A stretch of DNA of 63,864 nt, filler included, from Atractiella rhizophila (Eukaryota), in assembly GCA_021432655.1 (NCBI GenBank). It is 4 parts of 4 records of this genome, joined end to end, with 100 filler letters (N's around TTAATTAATTAA, not from the genome) between each part and the next. Parts side by side here need not be neighbours in the genome. Positions count along the whole stretch, not along the records: positions 1 to 28,113 come from MU271737.1; 3 more parts are not named here. One strand, given 5' to 3'. A model generated the notes under the pieces. That model was given only the letters and a program-made list of their open reading frames with translations, did not search any database and was not told the origin of the DNA. Every line of letters starts with the position of its first letter. Within the stretch, counting starts at the first letter, position 1. Positions 14,001-28,113 of the stretch are shown one piece after another. Position numbers and translations under genes: made by a program.

Positions 14001-14709
14001 CTCCATTCTAGCAACCTACGGTCTTTACATCGCCTCGAGCTTTCTTCACTTCGAGCCATGGCACATGTTCACTTCCTTCATTCAATACCTCTTCCTTCTT
14101 CCCTCCTTCGTCAATGTCCTCGGAATCTACTCCATGTCTAATTTGCATGACGTCTCTTGGGGCACGAAGGGTCAATCTGGACCAGCGAAGGACTTAGGAG
14201 CTGTGAAGACCGCCAAAGGGAGAGAAGGAGGGGGAAGACACGTTAGAATATGATATGGCGAAGAAGGAAGATATCGATGCGATGTGGCACCAGATGAGGA
14301 AGGAAATGGGCGTGAAACAGATTGAAGTCCATCAAAAGCGTGATGCGGACACGAGACAGAAGGATCATTACGCCAACTTCCGTACTAACGTTTGTCCCTT
14401 TCTTTCCAAAGCAAATAAGCAGAATCCTGACCCAAACGGTGCAATAGGTCGTGCTCTTGTATTTGGGGACCAACATCTTCCTCATCATCTTCTTTACTTC
14501 TAAATTCTGGCTCAACCTAGTCAAAGGCTTCGTGAACGACAAAGGGCAAGCAGTTAATCCTTATATGGTATTTATTTTCTGGTACGTGTCCTCCGGCTCT
14601 CTCTGAGGATATCGAACCTGAACCCGTTTGCAGGAGTGTGGCTGGAACCTCAGCCTTCCGATTCTTCGGCAGTGTCTGGTACCTAATCCTGAGGGCAGTC
14701 GGTTGGTGA
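11026..14709 (+). CDS. Chitin synthase (division 1, class I-III type), multi-exon; apparent 1-bp frameshift near 14218
   Basis: [61 protein letters not shown] (13234-13248) and [11 protein letters not shown], followed by C-terminal TM segments. Confidence 0.95.
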
Positions 14710-14877
14710 GGTTTTCGTGTTTCGTCATTTTGTTTCGTCTTCTACTCGCTTGAATTTGGACGTTGGTTATTCGTTGCAACGACTATTGAATAGTATTTAC
14801 GCATACGCGCGTCTGAAACTCCGTTTTTGTAATTACTACTGTCTCTACACTCCAAGACTGGATAACAATCCCATATA

Positions 14878-14898
14878 CCTGATTCCTGATTCCTGATT
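14878..14898. repeat. Short tandem repeat (cctgatt)x3
   Basis: Directly visible downstream of the chitin synthase. Confidence 0.8.
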
Positions 14899-15161
14899 AT
14901 GCCTGAACCCATGAACCATCGCCTCTGTCTGCAGCCGTGAGCCAAAGGTTAAAGTATTTTGGAGACCCTTTCGAATTCGTAGGAATACTAATGCGACCGT
15001 TGGAGAGCTGGTGCAGCATTGCTTATTATGGTGATTCATCCATATAGCTATAGTTTTCAGACTGATCAGACTATTACTCATAGAGAAAAAGTGGCAAAAC
15101 TTTATCTTCCTCCAACGTCAACTCAACACTGGCAACATTTCAAAAGGACCACTTGCTCAAA

Positions 15162-18100
15162 ATGTCTGCTACAGCGCAACCCATAATTCTCCCTTCATTC
15201 CTCACATCTCACATAGTCAAATCCCAGTCGGAACGCAAGGTGGCAAAGGAGGAAGTGAGCTGGCTGAAGGAGCGACTTGGAGAGTACGAACAGACACATA
15301 AAAAGTTAGAGCGTATGCAACAGGAAGAAACCCAATGGGAGGCTAGGGTGAGATTCTCACTATTGGTTGATGCTGTGGGAAGAGTGGGACCGTGTTCTGC
15401 CCATGCTTTCAGGCCTGTCCGTTGAATTGCAAGACTCAGCAAAATGTAAAGGCAGTCAAAGCGCCTATAACTTCTCTGCGTTTGCTTCAAAGGCTCTTAA
15501 CACAATATCCTTGTATCAATAAACACCTATTCCCGATGAAAGTATGGCGTTTCTTCTTGCTAAACATCTGCTGCAACTGCCAAACGAAATTTGCTGCCAC
15601 AAAGCCTGCGGACTAGTTGTGCTTGCATTGGCGGTTGATGCCTTTCCACCATTCTACCATGACCACGTCCCTGCCAAAGCTGCAATATGGGCAGCATTCT
15701 CTTATATCCTCGTTGCGCAGGGAAGGACATTAAATGTATTTTACGTACTACTAAATTTTCTCCTGCGTGAAGTGCAAGTAAAGCTGAAATGAAGTCCACC
15801 ATATTGAACAGATACCAGATGCATCTCCTTCTGCTGCCTACTTCCCAAGCGAACTGGTTCAGCCAAACACCATAACGCTGCGTCTGAACCCTCCTACCTT
15901 CCGTCCATTCTCCAATTCAGCGTTGTCTCCAACAAGCACATCATCCGCCGCTTCATCTCCCGAGGAACACGAACCAATATACTATGCCTCATACAGCGTG
16001 GCACAAGCGCGTTCCTTCATCTCTCGCCGAATAGAGGGTACGCACTTCTCGACTCAGGAGGTAGTCAGACTAATGCCTAATACAGAAATTAAGCGGAGTG
16101 TAAAAGAAAAGGAAGAGCGAGCTCGGGTTCTTGAAAAGTCAAAGGACGAGGCTTGGTCGGTGCCGGACGACTGGAAGATCACAGCTACGGGACAAGTGCG
16201 TTGTTCTCTACTACTCGCTTCAGCTGCAAATTGATTTTGGGAGCATAGGTACTAAACGAGGATAATCTCCCCATATTCGACATTTGTGAGGAAGAGCCAC
16301 CCGCTCCATCCACTTCCGCTTCCGCTTCCCGTTCTGCAACTTCTGATGCTCTTCCCGACATGCAAATGCCAAAGAGGAACTTCTTGATCTCAAATAAAAG
16401 CGGATGGAAGCCTCCCAACAAACGTAACACTGTGAATGGAGAAGGAATACCAATCCTTGGACTACATCCTACAGGAGAGAAAGCGAGTCCTGTTGCGAGT
16501 ACAAGCAGAGAGAAGTTAAAAATCTCGGATGAGACCCACAGGATGCTGGATGAGTTGGAAGTTGAGGAGGAATTGGAGGAGCTGCAGAAGAAGGAAAAAG
16601 AGGACAAAGAAGCAGAGGAAGAGAAGGAGGAGGGTGGAGAGGAAGAGGAAGGGAGAGGTGGCGGTGAAGACGAACGGGAGGAGCTGATAGAGGATAGCAG
16701 CGAGCAAGATGCGGAGGATAAAAGACGAATCGAGGAACTCAAAGCAGCCTATCTCGCAAGGAGGCGTGCCAACAAATCTGAGCCTCCCGTTTCATCCCCC
16801 GAGCCACCTACAGGAACTGATATATCCGTTCAAACGGCACCTACGGTCGCGTCGCCTCCGTCTGCGTCTGCCTCCCTCCCACGTACGTCTGAAGTTACTC
16901 CGCCTTCCTCCAACTCGTCCCCAGCTCCACCAAACTCTGTCACCAGCTCCTCGATGCAAGATGAAACAGAGAAAGACGAAGCAACGCGGAAGATGCAAGC
17001 CCTCAAAGCAGCATATTTGGCACGACGGAACTCTGACAAGACCAGGAACAACGCTCCGTTTCTCCCCCTGAACTCCACCCCAGTTTCATCTCCAACCACT
17101 TCTCCCGCTTTGGTTTCGCCTACGTCGTCCATCTCATCGATCCTCCCGCCATCCCCCCCTACAACTGCTTCTACACCGAGACCACATTCTCCGATCTCAG
17201 CTGTTCCCCCTTACCTTGTTGATAGTGCTGGATCCCCCATCAAACCGGCGCTGAAGAGGAAAGGGACTGAGACGCCTCCCAAGAGAGTGAGTTTCAGCTT
17301 ACCTGCCGGTAAAGTGGGTGGTGAAGGGGAGGAGAAGAAAAAGGCGAAGAAACAACCGATTATACTTGGGTGGAGAGAAGAACCGAAGGTAGAAGAGTTG
17401 ACTATTGAGGACGTTCAGAAGTTGGAAGATGGAGAAGACCAGCCAGCGCTCTTTGTCAGTCAAGGAACCTTTTATTCGCCCGAGAGATATAAGAAGGAGG
17501 AGGAGGACAGACCTAAAATGAAGAGAGTTGTTTTGGAAGATGTCGTCGAGAAGAAGCCTAACGGAACTACTGACGCCTCGAAAGTCAAGCAGACGTTGGA
17601 AGAGAGGACGACGAGGCGATCCGCAGTAAATGGGGAGAAAAAAGAACGTCCCATCAAAGACGTCGTCGTTGAACGAGCGCCTGTAAAGCCGGTTGAACAT
17701 ACCATCCGAGATCGACTACAGCACCTTCCCCAATATCCAAAGCAAAAGCCACTGCTCCCAGATACATCCACTCAGTCACTTTCGACTTTCTCAGATCGGA
17801 ACGATCAGCATGAAGACCTTCATGACCTGCTCTCGCTCGACAATCCTCGCTCCATCTTCGACCTAGCTGAGGATGAGAAGGACTCGGTGTACTCCTATTC
17901 GGACTTTTCAGCTAGTGAAGAGGAAGAGATCGAGAGAGCTTTTGAGGCAAGGAAGATAGCGGAGGACTATCATAAGAAACGATTGGGGCTTGCTGCTGGA
18001 GCCGGGACTGGTCCTTTAGGCGGAGATAAAGCGCCGTCTGACGATGTTGGGGAGGTAAGGCTTTCTTCGCCCATGAGAGCTTAGCTGAGCGACGCTGCAG

Positions 18101-18722
18101 TATGTACCGCTCGATTACACGCTTACAGACCCGACGTATCAACATAGAGGCCCAGATAACTCCGTCTTCAAAACGGGAAGAAAGCTTCCTGGCCTGATCG
18201 TGCCCTCGTTTGAGGCGGATGAGAATGGAGAGATTGTCGATAACATGGAATGGAATGACGAGGAGAAGGAGGAGCTCAGGAAGAGGTTGGAGGAGATCGC
18301 ATCAGGAAGGCCAATCACGGAGAAGGTACCAATCAATGAGCAGAAGAAGCCGACGGCGGTGGATGAGAGGTGAGCAAATGTGGCTCAGTAGCACGGGGGG
18401 CGAACTGATGGTATAGCAGACCACCTGCTTTGAAGCCTCGCGTCGCCTCAGAACCTCCTCCTGAACCTCTTCATTCTCCCCCTTCGGAACCCAGCCCAGC
18501 TCTCATCTCAGTACCAGACGTACCGAAATCTGTTCCAAAGTTACCGCCCTCTTCCCCGAATTCTGAATCGAAAAATAACGAGGAAGGACCTGCGCCCTCG
18601 GAATCCAAGAAACGAGTATCAAGGTACGCATGACACCCTCGGTGGGATAATGCCCAGTGCTGACGCGTTCTGGTCACAGGTTCAAGGCACAACGTCGTGG
18701 TCAAATGAAGGAAGATGATTGA
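15162..18722 (+). CDS. BUD27: Bud27/URI1 unconventional prefoldin RPB5 interactor-like protein, multi-exon
   Basis: N-terminal prefoldin-alpha-like segment (YEQTHKKL...WEAR|IP...AYFPSELVQPNTITL...SVAQARSFISRR), acidic and Pro-rich middle, and C-terminal KKRVSR|FKAQR motif typical of URI/Bud27. Confidence 0.75.
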
Positions 18723-18869
18723 TTCTATCCCGTCTGTTCTCTCGTCAGAGCCAACTCTCAACTGTGCACCTTCCATCTGTTGCATTCCATCAGTATGTAT
18801 AGTACAGTGTATTTCTCAACTCCATCTTATCCACAATAAGCAAAATGGTCCATTTCATCGATCAGTCCA

Positions 18870-19534
18870 TCAATGCACCACCGTTACTGTTTGGTTCGCA
18901 TACTGAGGGAAGTTCTCGAGCGAGATCTATGTCCATCATCGACATTTATGCTTAGTGGATGCTCCTGTATGTGCAGGGCATAAGCGAGAAGCTGACGTAC
19001 CCCTACCAAGCTATACGCCTCCACTGCGAGGACAGCTGAATACTTGCCTTCTCCCAACGCCGTCAATGCGCCAGTTGTGCCGTTCGGCCATACGACTTGG
19101 AAGGTGCTATCCAAAGCAATCACGTCAACCCAATATTTCATTGTCGCAAAAACCAAAGAAAGAAGTGCTGGGTCATCTCGCGACTTACTTGGACTGCAGG
19201 ACGGGTCCTCCAGAGACATTGTATATCCCTGCCGTTTGTTCAGTGAGCAGACCGGCTCCTATGAATGTCTTCTGGTGTGGAGCAGAGGGTCGGAAGGCGG
19301 TCAGGGCTGCTGCGACGAATTGTTGGTTTTGGGAGTAGCCTGTCATATAAATTTCAAGCTCAGGTCAGGTTTTGGTGCACCCATATACTTACTTTGATGG
19401 CCAATGGTCACGTTGAAGGGCTGCCCGAGACGGATGGTGCTGTTTGCGGTGGGCGAAAGGAGCGTTATTCCTTGCGCATGTACCGCGCAGGGAAGGAGGG
19501 TGGCGAGCGTCGTGAAGATCGTGAGGAATTTCAT
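18870..19534 (-). CDS. Small secreted protein of unknown family (about 4 exons)
   Basis: Signal peptide MKFLTIFTTLATLLPCAVHAQ, N-glycosylation sequons (NST, NVT, NVS, NGT), GT-AG introns and a TATA-like run upstream near 19600. The last exon is inferred. Confidence 0.7.
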
Positions 19535-20112
19535 GACAGCTTGTTCAACTTATATCGAGGGTGAGGGTGAGAGAAAGATGGCCACTCCTCCTTTCGTTAT
19601 ATATATATCTGTCACTGCCCGTTTCCTTTTCAGGTTCGGTCCGTAGCGTCATGAGCGCCTTTAATGATAGCTCTTGGTTGGTTCTATAGTGGGCAGGTGG
19701 TGAAATCTCCAGCCCGTCCTAGTTGCTGATCCATCTTAACACCGCGTAAGTGGGGTAGTTCTTGTTCGCTGTGGAGGTGTCTCAATTCAAGTATGGCAAG
19801 GAGTAGAGTTGATATCTACTTCTTCTGATTAGCTCGCTTTGATGGATGGCTATTATGAAAGTGAGCCGAGTTGAACGTAGTTTTTAAACTTGGACATTGA
19901 AAAGCGGGAAGCTGGTAACAGGGTCAACTGTAAACGGTGAGTCTGGGGTTAAGTCTACATTTGATGGCTCTTGGAGAATTTTCACAGGAATGATTAATCG
20001 AACAACGGACAGTATGCGCAAGAGCATGACATAAAGGCATGAATGAAAGACTACTTCAAATCATGTGATATTGTTATCAGACCGTCGCACTCATCAACAA
20101 GCATCAGCCAAA

Positions 20113-23100
20113 ATGTCACGACCGTCCACTCGGCTCTCACACGCGTCTTCGTCCTCGACGCACTCGCACCATGTGCCCTACACTCCACGCGCTGGTGGCG
20201 CCAACGGCAGGATCAGCGCGACGCGACTTGGAGGGCTTTCCGCGAAGCAAGTCGACAAGGTCATCCTTTCCTTCTCATCCGCCTGCTGAAGGTCTCATTT
20301 CGATTATCTGTGCATTTGTATCGGATAGATATCGCACACTATAGCCTCCATAAGACGGCCGACGAAGCGCGAACTGCGCGAAATCGACGAGAGAGAGGAG
20401 TACGGCTACCTTCCTGATCGCTCGTTTTCCACCGCCCCTTTGAACTCGAGACTGCCGCCGGCGAGTCCCCATCGTGATGCTCTGGAGGGTTGGGAGGAAG
20501 AGGACGGGACGGAACAGTTGGAGGAGGTGGAGAGGGAGGGAGGTGCGAAAAGGAGGGAGAATGGGTGTAAGGAACCGTTGAAGGGGTTGGATTTGGAGTT
20601 GCAGGAAGCTTTGGTGGTGGAAGATCTGTTGTTTGTGCTCATGGTACGTTGTCTTCTTTCACTATGAGAGTTGGTGCTGTTGATGATCTCGTTTTGGATA
20701 ATAATCAACATCTGGTACAAGAGCCGGATGTTGAACTCATACTCTTTTGTTTTGTATTCTGCAATGATCCTCCTGTTGCCGAGCTCTGCTGGATGCATCA
20801 CATGGTTTCAATAAGGTGCGGTTTGGTGCCTGCCATTATCTAAAGCGGTTCCAGTTATGAGCTAGAGGTTCCATTGAATCGATTGCTGATGGAAGGCATT
20901 TGTATGCAGGGGATTGAAGGGCAATACATCGAGTTCCATCCGGACTATTCTCCCGAAGACGAGTTCGAACGACTGTTAGGGACGCGTTGGGTGGTTGATC
21001 CAGACTTGGGTATGCTCGTCCAGCCCAATATGATGTGTTCTTGAACAGAGATGATGTGCACAGATCCTTCATTCTCAGACCTTCTCCAGCGAATATTGCC
21101 CCTCGCCACTTACTACACTTCGATCGAAGCGTTCGTAGAACAGCAAAGTCACCTCAGTTTCGGGTTGGTGAACCATGCGTTGTGTAGCGCCATCAGGGAC
21201 ATGTTACGCGTACGTCGCTACCTTCCCACTTCCCCATCTAAGCCAAGCCATGCTTGTTTAGGAATACCTCGTCCTCATCGCCCAACTCGAACATCAATTC
21301 TCCACCTCTCCCACCTTCACCCTCCAACGTCTCTGGTTCTACATCAACCCGACAGTGCACAGTCTCGAGCTCGTAAACGACCTCACGTCCGAACTCATCT
21401 CCATCGCTTCCGGAGACGACGGATCATCGACTACGTCGGAATCTCAGAGCGAAGACGAGACGCTGGATGAGGATTTGAGCGATGGAGGGATCGGAGGCGA
21501 AGCTGTGAGGGCTGTATTGGGTGAGATGAAGTTGGCGAAGAAGGGAGAGAAGGCCAAGAACGGAGCTGGTCCCGGAGCGCGTTCGGGACCCGTTACTGGA
21601 GGAGAGGTCCTCACCGTCATTTCTCAACTATTGTCATACCATTCCGGAGACCCGACAGCCGTCGCGATATACTCCAACCTCCTCCTCAAAGCCTCCCAAC
21701 CGTACGCTAGGATGCTCCTGAAGTGGGTCGGCACCGGACACCTAGACGATCCGTACGACGAGTTCTTGGTGAGAGAGAACAAGAATATAACGAGGGGAAC
21801 GCTCGAGATGGATTACACGGACGAGTATTGGGAACGTCGATACACTCTGAAGGACGCAAACGTCTCAAATGCCCCAACCGCTCCTCCCGCTGCATCATCG
21901 AATCATCTCGCGTCTGCAAGGGAACAAGGACTCTCGGGTGGTGCAGTCATCCCACCGTTTTTGGAGGGGTGGAAGACCAAGGTTCTCCTCGCTGGCAAGT
22001 ATCTGAACGTCGTGAGAGAGTGTGGGATGTCGGTTTCTGTGTCGGAGGAGGAGGAGGAACAGAAGAAAGAGCAGCCGCCGCCTGTGAAGACGGAAGCAGC
22101 GGATAAGAAGAGGAGAGAAAGCAAGAAGGAGAGAGAGGAAAGACACGAGCTTATCGCGATGGATAGTGAGAGGTGCGTCTTTTCTTGTGGATCTTAAGAA
22201 GCGAGCGCTCATTTGCTTGCAGCTTTTATAAGCGAATCGATCAAGCATACAGCCACGCCAATCGCGCGCTCCTCAAACTGTTGCTAAACGATCAACAACT
22301 CGTGCCTCGCTTACGGTATACTTATCTGCACTCTTTTTCCTTTAGGAATACTCACATTGCTCCCAGGTCAATGAAACATTACTTCTTCCTCGATCCAGGA
22401 GACACCTTCAATCACTTTCTCGATCTTGCGGCACCTGAACTGACCAAGAAGGTTCGGCAAGTCTCGATCGAGAAACTCCAGTCGCTGCTGGACATTGCGA
22501 TTCGGAATCCGTCAAGCGCATCATATAGCGATCCTTACAAGGATGACGTGAAGGTGGACATGAGCCAAACGACTCTCTTCGATTGGCTGATGAAGGTCGT
22601 GAGCGTGAGTGGAATGGGAGAGGAGGGAGGACTTGAGGTTGGGGATGGAGGCTTTGAGGACAAGAAACAAGAAGAGACGGATAAAGCTGCACTCACCGGT
22701 ATGTCTCTGTGCCCCCTGTGATCCAACATTTCTGAGCGAAAATCAGGCGTGGACGCCCTTACCCTCGATTACAGTGTCAAATTCCCCCTCTCGCTCGTCA
22801 TCTCTCGCAAGAACGTCCTCCGCTATCAGCTGATATTCCGTCACCTCTTGCAACTGAAGCATCTCGAGCAATCCCTCATCTTGACCTGGCTAGACCATGC
22901 AAAACTCCCCGTATGGCGACGAAAGACGAACCATCCTCAACTCGAGCGGTGGAAGAGTCGCGTGTTCTCGCTGAGATCAAGAATGCTCACCTTCATCCAA
23001 CAAATGTACTCCTTCTGCGCTGGAGAGGTCTTGGAACCTAATTGGAGAGCATTGGAGATGAAACTCGAAAAGGTGGAGACCGTCGATGAGCTTTTGAGAG

Positions 23101-23574
23101 CGCATGTAGACTTTTTAGACACTTGTCTCAAGGAGTGCATGTTGACAAATCCGAAGCTGTTGAAGGTTTGTAGTTTCCTCTCCTGCTTCAGCGTTACAGA
23201 GGAAGCTGATCGAAGATGACAATAACAGTGCCATAGCAAGATCATGCACACTTGTGCACTCTTCGTCTCCTACCACGCCAAATTTCGAAAGGCGCTCGAT
23301 GAAGCTATGCATTTGTTGGAACAAGCAGATGGGGATCACACAAAGGTCTCGATCACGAAAGAAATAGACTTCCTGTAAGTCTGTCCCTGACACTGATGCC
23401 GTTCTTGCTGCTGGTCGTCCTGATGTCTGATTTTGGTGCAGCGACCGTTTCGAAAGTAACTTCAATCGTCATTCAAAGGTTCATCTTGACATGGTCACAT
23501 ATTTCGCATCGTCAGAAAACCTTGCGCTTCTCGCACTCGTCGTTAGATTATCGAATCTTAAGCTTGCTTCTTGA
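20113..23574 (+). CDS. SPC97: Gamma-tubulin complex component Spc97/GCP2/Alp4, multi-exon
   Basis: QEALVVEDLLFVLM|GIEGQYI, FGLVNHALC, DDPYDEF, YTDEYWERRYT, LLAGKYLNVVREC, VKFPLSLVISR and HVDFLDTCLKECML. Confidence 0.93.
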
Positions 23575-23972
23575 ACATCCCGATAAATACCAAAGTTTTG
23601 TGATATGTGCTTGCGCTTGTATTGCCTGTCGGTAAAAGGTACGGTTCGTATTTCAGTAAATTTTCAGTCGTTGTGGAATGTTTAGCCATCTTGTCCTACA
23701 ACAGCACCTTAAGGTACTGCAGCCGAGATGAAATCGAGCTACTTAAGGTGGGGTTCCCAAACAGCAAATAGCCAAGTCCTCAATCATGAACGTTGTATGA
23801 TCCGCAGAGGATGAGCAGAAAACGGTGCGGGATGCAACTCATTATGGCATTGGCAAACGTGCGAGCACGATGGTTGAAAAATTATACTAAGCCCTTAAAG
23901 TACAGTACAGAACTGCATTGACCAGCAATAGCTGGTCATCCTCAAGTCATGAAAGGCGTGATGCGCAACGTA

Positions 23973-26900
23973 TTACGAGACAAGTTGCACTAGGCGCCGG
24001 ATGTGCGCAACTTGCAACCTATGGGATAACCTGAATGACAGTTGACAACGAAGTGAGATGGACGTACCATGCTGGAACATAGGTTTCGATTCCCATAACT
24101 TCTCGTGGTAATGGGACTTCGTAAGGACCTGCCTCCTCAACTTCTGGAGGAAGGAGAAGATGGTCATTTTTGTCATTAGGTACCACTCGCGATGCTACCG
24201 CTCGTAGCATGTCTGGTGATATTGGGTTCTAATATTCGAAGATTAGCTTTGCAGCACACACAACAGTGACATACCTCGTAATCAGCCACAAAGTACCCAG
24301 AAACAAGTTTGGCAATCTGAGAAGGTGAAAGAAGCCAGCAGACATCGTAAATGATTTCAATATCAGCCAAAGTAGCCTGGAAAGGAAATTAGTTCCGTGA
24401 TCCAGCAATGCAAACGAAGCCTCACCTTTTTCAACTGAAGAAGTTTTGTAGCTTGCATTAAGTACTCCAACTGTAATGTTCCTTCTGGCATGTCGTGGGA
24501 CTTGCACCATTCTTCCAACCTGTTCACATATACGTCAGACACGAAAAAAGAACTCTTTAGGGATGCTCACCTAGTAATATTGTATTGAATTTGCATAGCC
24601 CGTTTCCAAGAATTGAAATTTCGTCGCATCAACAAATCATTAAAGCTCGTCACTCCAATCAACTTCAACAGTTCTGTCACAACTTGCTGTACTACTGAAT
24701 GCTCGACGTAATAACTCTTCAGACTCTTCCATACGCGGTTGAGGAGGTTAAGAATATCGTCCATGTTGAATGCAGGTGTCGAATTGCCTTGAAGAAGTCG
24801 GTTAAACAGACGTCCGCCTCCATCACTGGTGACGAAACCTGGTAACGACTGAGATTCGATCAAAGCGGGAATGACCATTTTGTGCAGCTTCTTCTTCGTC
24901 TCCTGCATCCAAGTATGGTAGATGTTATACTCCAAACTGTCAAGATCATGCTTGACAATTGTCACTAGTCGCTCATAATCATCCCATTCGAACTCTCGAC
25001 CAGCACCGTCCACTCCAGGTCCGATTCCTTGAAGAATGTCTGACTCGGCGATACAAACGAAGGAAAGGATTTCGTGTACGTTAGAGAGCCAGAAGACGCC
25101 TGGGACAATGGCGTCCTCCCCTTGGAAGGCCATGACGTGTTGTTGGATGGTCTGCATGACATTCGCAAGGAACCGCTCGCTCTCGCGCATCAAACCATAC
25201 TTCCACATTTCGTTCGTGACCAAGCTGATGAGATGTGCGGGGAACAAAACCTCTTTTGGAGATGGAGGGTTCTGGAGACTGGGTGAAGGAATCTTCAGAT
25301 GGCGAATGATGCCGCCAAGAACATCCTCGTCCAGTGACTCTTCTTCCTCGAGAAGCTTGATAATCTCTTCTGAGGGGTCGTCGTAAACCTCTGAAAGGTA
25401 GGTCTTCCCGCCGGCCATGCGATTCTTGTTTGAATTCTCTTGAGGGAAAGCAACTGAAACGGCACGGACATTATCGAAACGGTCATCGTATGATCGATCG
25501 GGAGTGAAGCTGGGAACAGGGTCTGATGGATACACGACACCGGCAGAGCTGTGACGGCGTGTTCTGCGTTGCTTCGGTGCGCTGAGTCCGTTCGTGATTC
25601 CATTCTCTTGACTCTTGCCAGTCTTGAGATCGAAAGTGGGCGGTCCTTCCCGAACCGTTTTGTTTGTAGCGTTGTTGATCGAAACTGCCTTCTGGAGTTG
25701 CTCTCGAAGGGAAGTGAGCTCTTGCCTCAACTGAGAAATGGTGGCCGAATCGTCCGTGCCCGTCTTCAGAGCACTGTTAAGAAGTTTCTGTCGGTTCTCC
25801 ATCTCTTCCGTCTGCTTCATGAAGTCCTCCGTCAACTTCTGGATCTGCGCATCCTGATCATGAAGTTTCTTCAACGATGTCTCCAACTTTGAATTCAAAT
25901 CGCTCTTCTGGGTCTGAAGCGCTTCGAACTCCGGTAATGCAACGGTCGACTTCTGGTTCTCCGCGAGCGCTTTCGCCTTGGAATCGGCTTCGTCGAACTT
26001 GTCCATCCAAGCTTGGAGCTGTTGTTCAAGGTTTTTAATCTTGGTCTGCATCTCCTTATTCTCATTCGTCCTCTTTTGCAGGATCTGGGTGAGCTCGACG
26101 ACTTTGTTTTCGAGTTTATAGGACACCTCCTTGAAGTGAGAGACAGATTTGGCTTCCGTCTTGAGAGCCAGAAGCTCTTTCTTCGCTTGCCGCCGTCGCA
26201 CGCAAGATTGAATGAGGATGATTCGTTTCCGGTCAGTTTGGAACGCTTTTCTTGCTTTCAATCCTCGGATCATGCTCTGGACGTCAATAGCAGCATTGAT
26301 GCGTCGTCGTTCGCGGAAAGTGGCACGAATATGAATACCGCGTGCGACTACGATAGGTCAGCCGGGATACTGGTAGAGGGGAAAATGACAAACCGCTCTG
26401 GACGAATTTGATAGTCTTGAGCGCCGTAGCAAACCTCTGCTTGCTCAAGTAAGCCCTGACAGCTCTCTGGATCTCGACAGCCGCCTTTTCCTTCTTCATG
26501 TGTTCCACTTTCCTCTGTGCCAAGATCCTTCTTCCGGTAGCCTGCAAACCGATAGCAGTCGTGCGCAGGTTCTGCCATCTCTTCATATACATGTGTCGCA
26601 GGAAGTTCTTCTGCATGAGAGTGACGAGATAGTTAAGGCGATCTGATCGACGGTTCTCAAGGAAAGCCAACATTCCAGCACGGAAGAAAATCTTCGTTAA
26701 GCCTACTTGATACTTGTCGACGTCTGTAATTGCGTTCTTGAGGACTTCGGAACAAAGGTTTCGAATTTCAGGTCCCCAGTATTTCGAGTTCACGAGCATG
26801 TAGTACCTTCACGTCAGGCATCAGTTCATACCTATTCCTGGATAGTAGTAAGAAAAGCGCACCGTTCAGCGAACTCATCGAAAGTCCAACGAGTAGGGTA

Positions 26901-28113
26901 CCCCGCACAACTGATCCTAATGGTTTCTAGCACACCGCAAGCTCTAAGCTGACCGAGCACCATCTGGGGCTCGAATTCCCATTGTCGCTTGGCCTCGTTC
27001 GGCTTGATACAACGAATGTAATGAACGTTTGTCAACTCGATGGTGTCCATGAGAGAGATAAGGGATCCTTTAAAGATGCTTCCAAGAGTCGGTTTCTTGC
27101 TTCCAGGTGCTCCACCCTTCTTCAGAGCTCCCACCCCTCCTCCACCACCTGCCGTTCCGATCTCGCTCATTCGTAAACTCGTCCTCTTCGAAGCTGTTGA
27201 ATGGACGGGGGAGTCGAAAATGCTCGTGCGTTTGGAGGTGACTGAGCTGGTAGAGGGAGACATAGGGCGCGATGCTTCTGAGACGGTGGGGGTGGCTGGT
27301 GGCGGTTCCTTACTGGCATTAGTGATGTTCATAGCACGATCGATGACATCTTTGAGGAAAGCGTTAGAAGTGTTCTGGAGCAAATTCATATGTTCGTCCG
27401 GCACCGTATCCTTGTTCTTCTCCAAGAAACCCTCCGTCTCATACGTGACGTCGAGCGCATAATGCGCGATCGTGAACGCGGAACTCCCAAATCTCGCCTT
27501 CTTGAACACCTTCGCGTTCTCCGGCTTGCCCAAGGTCTGATAAAGCTTCTGAGCGAACGATGCGTCCGAACCGGCAGGCAAACGGGATTCTTCGTCGAGG
27601 AGCGAGAGGACGCCGAGCTTGCCTTCGATGAGATCGATGGTCGGTTGGTTGTCTGAGAAATCTATAAACTTCCACTCGATTTTTTCAGCCAGATATTCTT
27701 CTTGTTCCAACTTGAAGACGTGTGCGTTGAACTCTTGCTGCAGCTTCTCGTTCGCGTAGTTGATACAAAACTGCTCAAACGAGTTCTTCTTAAAATGCTC
27801 GAAACCTGCCACTTCCCTCTCAACAATTGCCACAAAGTGATGGGAACGAACGCACCATAGATATCCAGCACACCAATAAACGAGGCAACCCTACTCTCCA
27901 ATCCCGGCGAAGTGAGAGACTCATTGATGATGGATACCAGCCAATCGAAAAGACATGCGTAAATGAACTTTGCGACCGAATCCCTGACAACGAGGGCTTG
28001 GGCAGCATTGAGGTTCGTTACGATCTTCTCGCTCCTAGTCGTGATCTGTTTCTTGATCGTCCACTTCTTGAACTCGGCCTTATCCATACCCAATAACTCC
28101 ATCGCCCTCCCCA
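23973..28113 (-). CDS. MYO2: Class V myosin (3' part: motor C-terminus, IQ repeats, coiled coil, DIL cargo domain); 5' end lost at linker
   Basis: IGVLDIYG, NSFEQFCINYANEKLQQEF, HYIRCIKPN, LRACGVLETIRIS, GLTKIFFRAG, IQ motifs and FNDLLMRRNFNSWKRAMQIQYN (DIL). Confidence 0.96.

Noticed and set aside
20680..20890. Box C/D snoRNA in the SPC97 intron
   Set aside because: TGATGA is present, but the only CTGA is the branch-point region about 200 nt away, with no terminal stem or recognisable guide.
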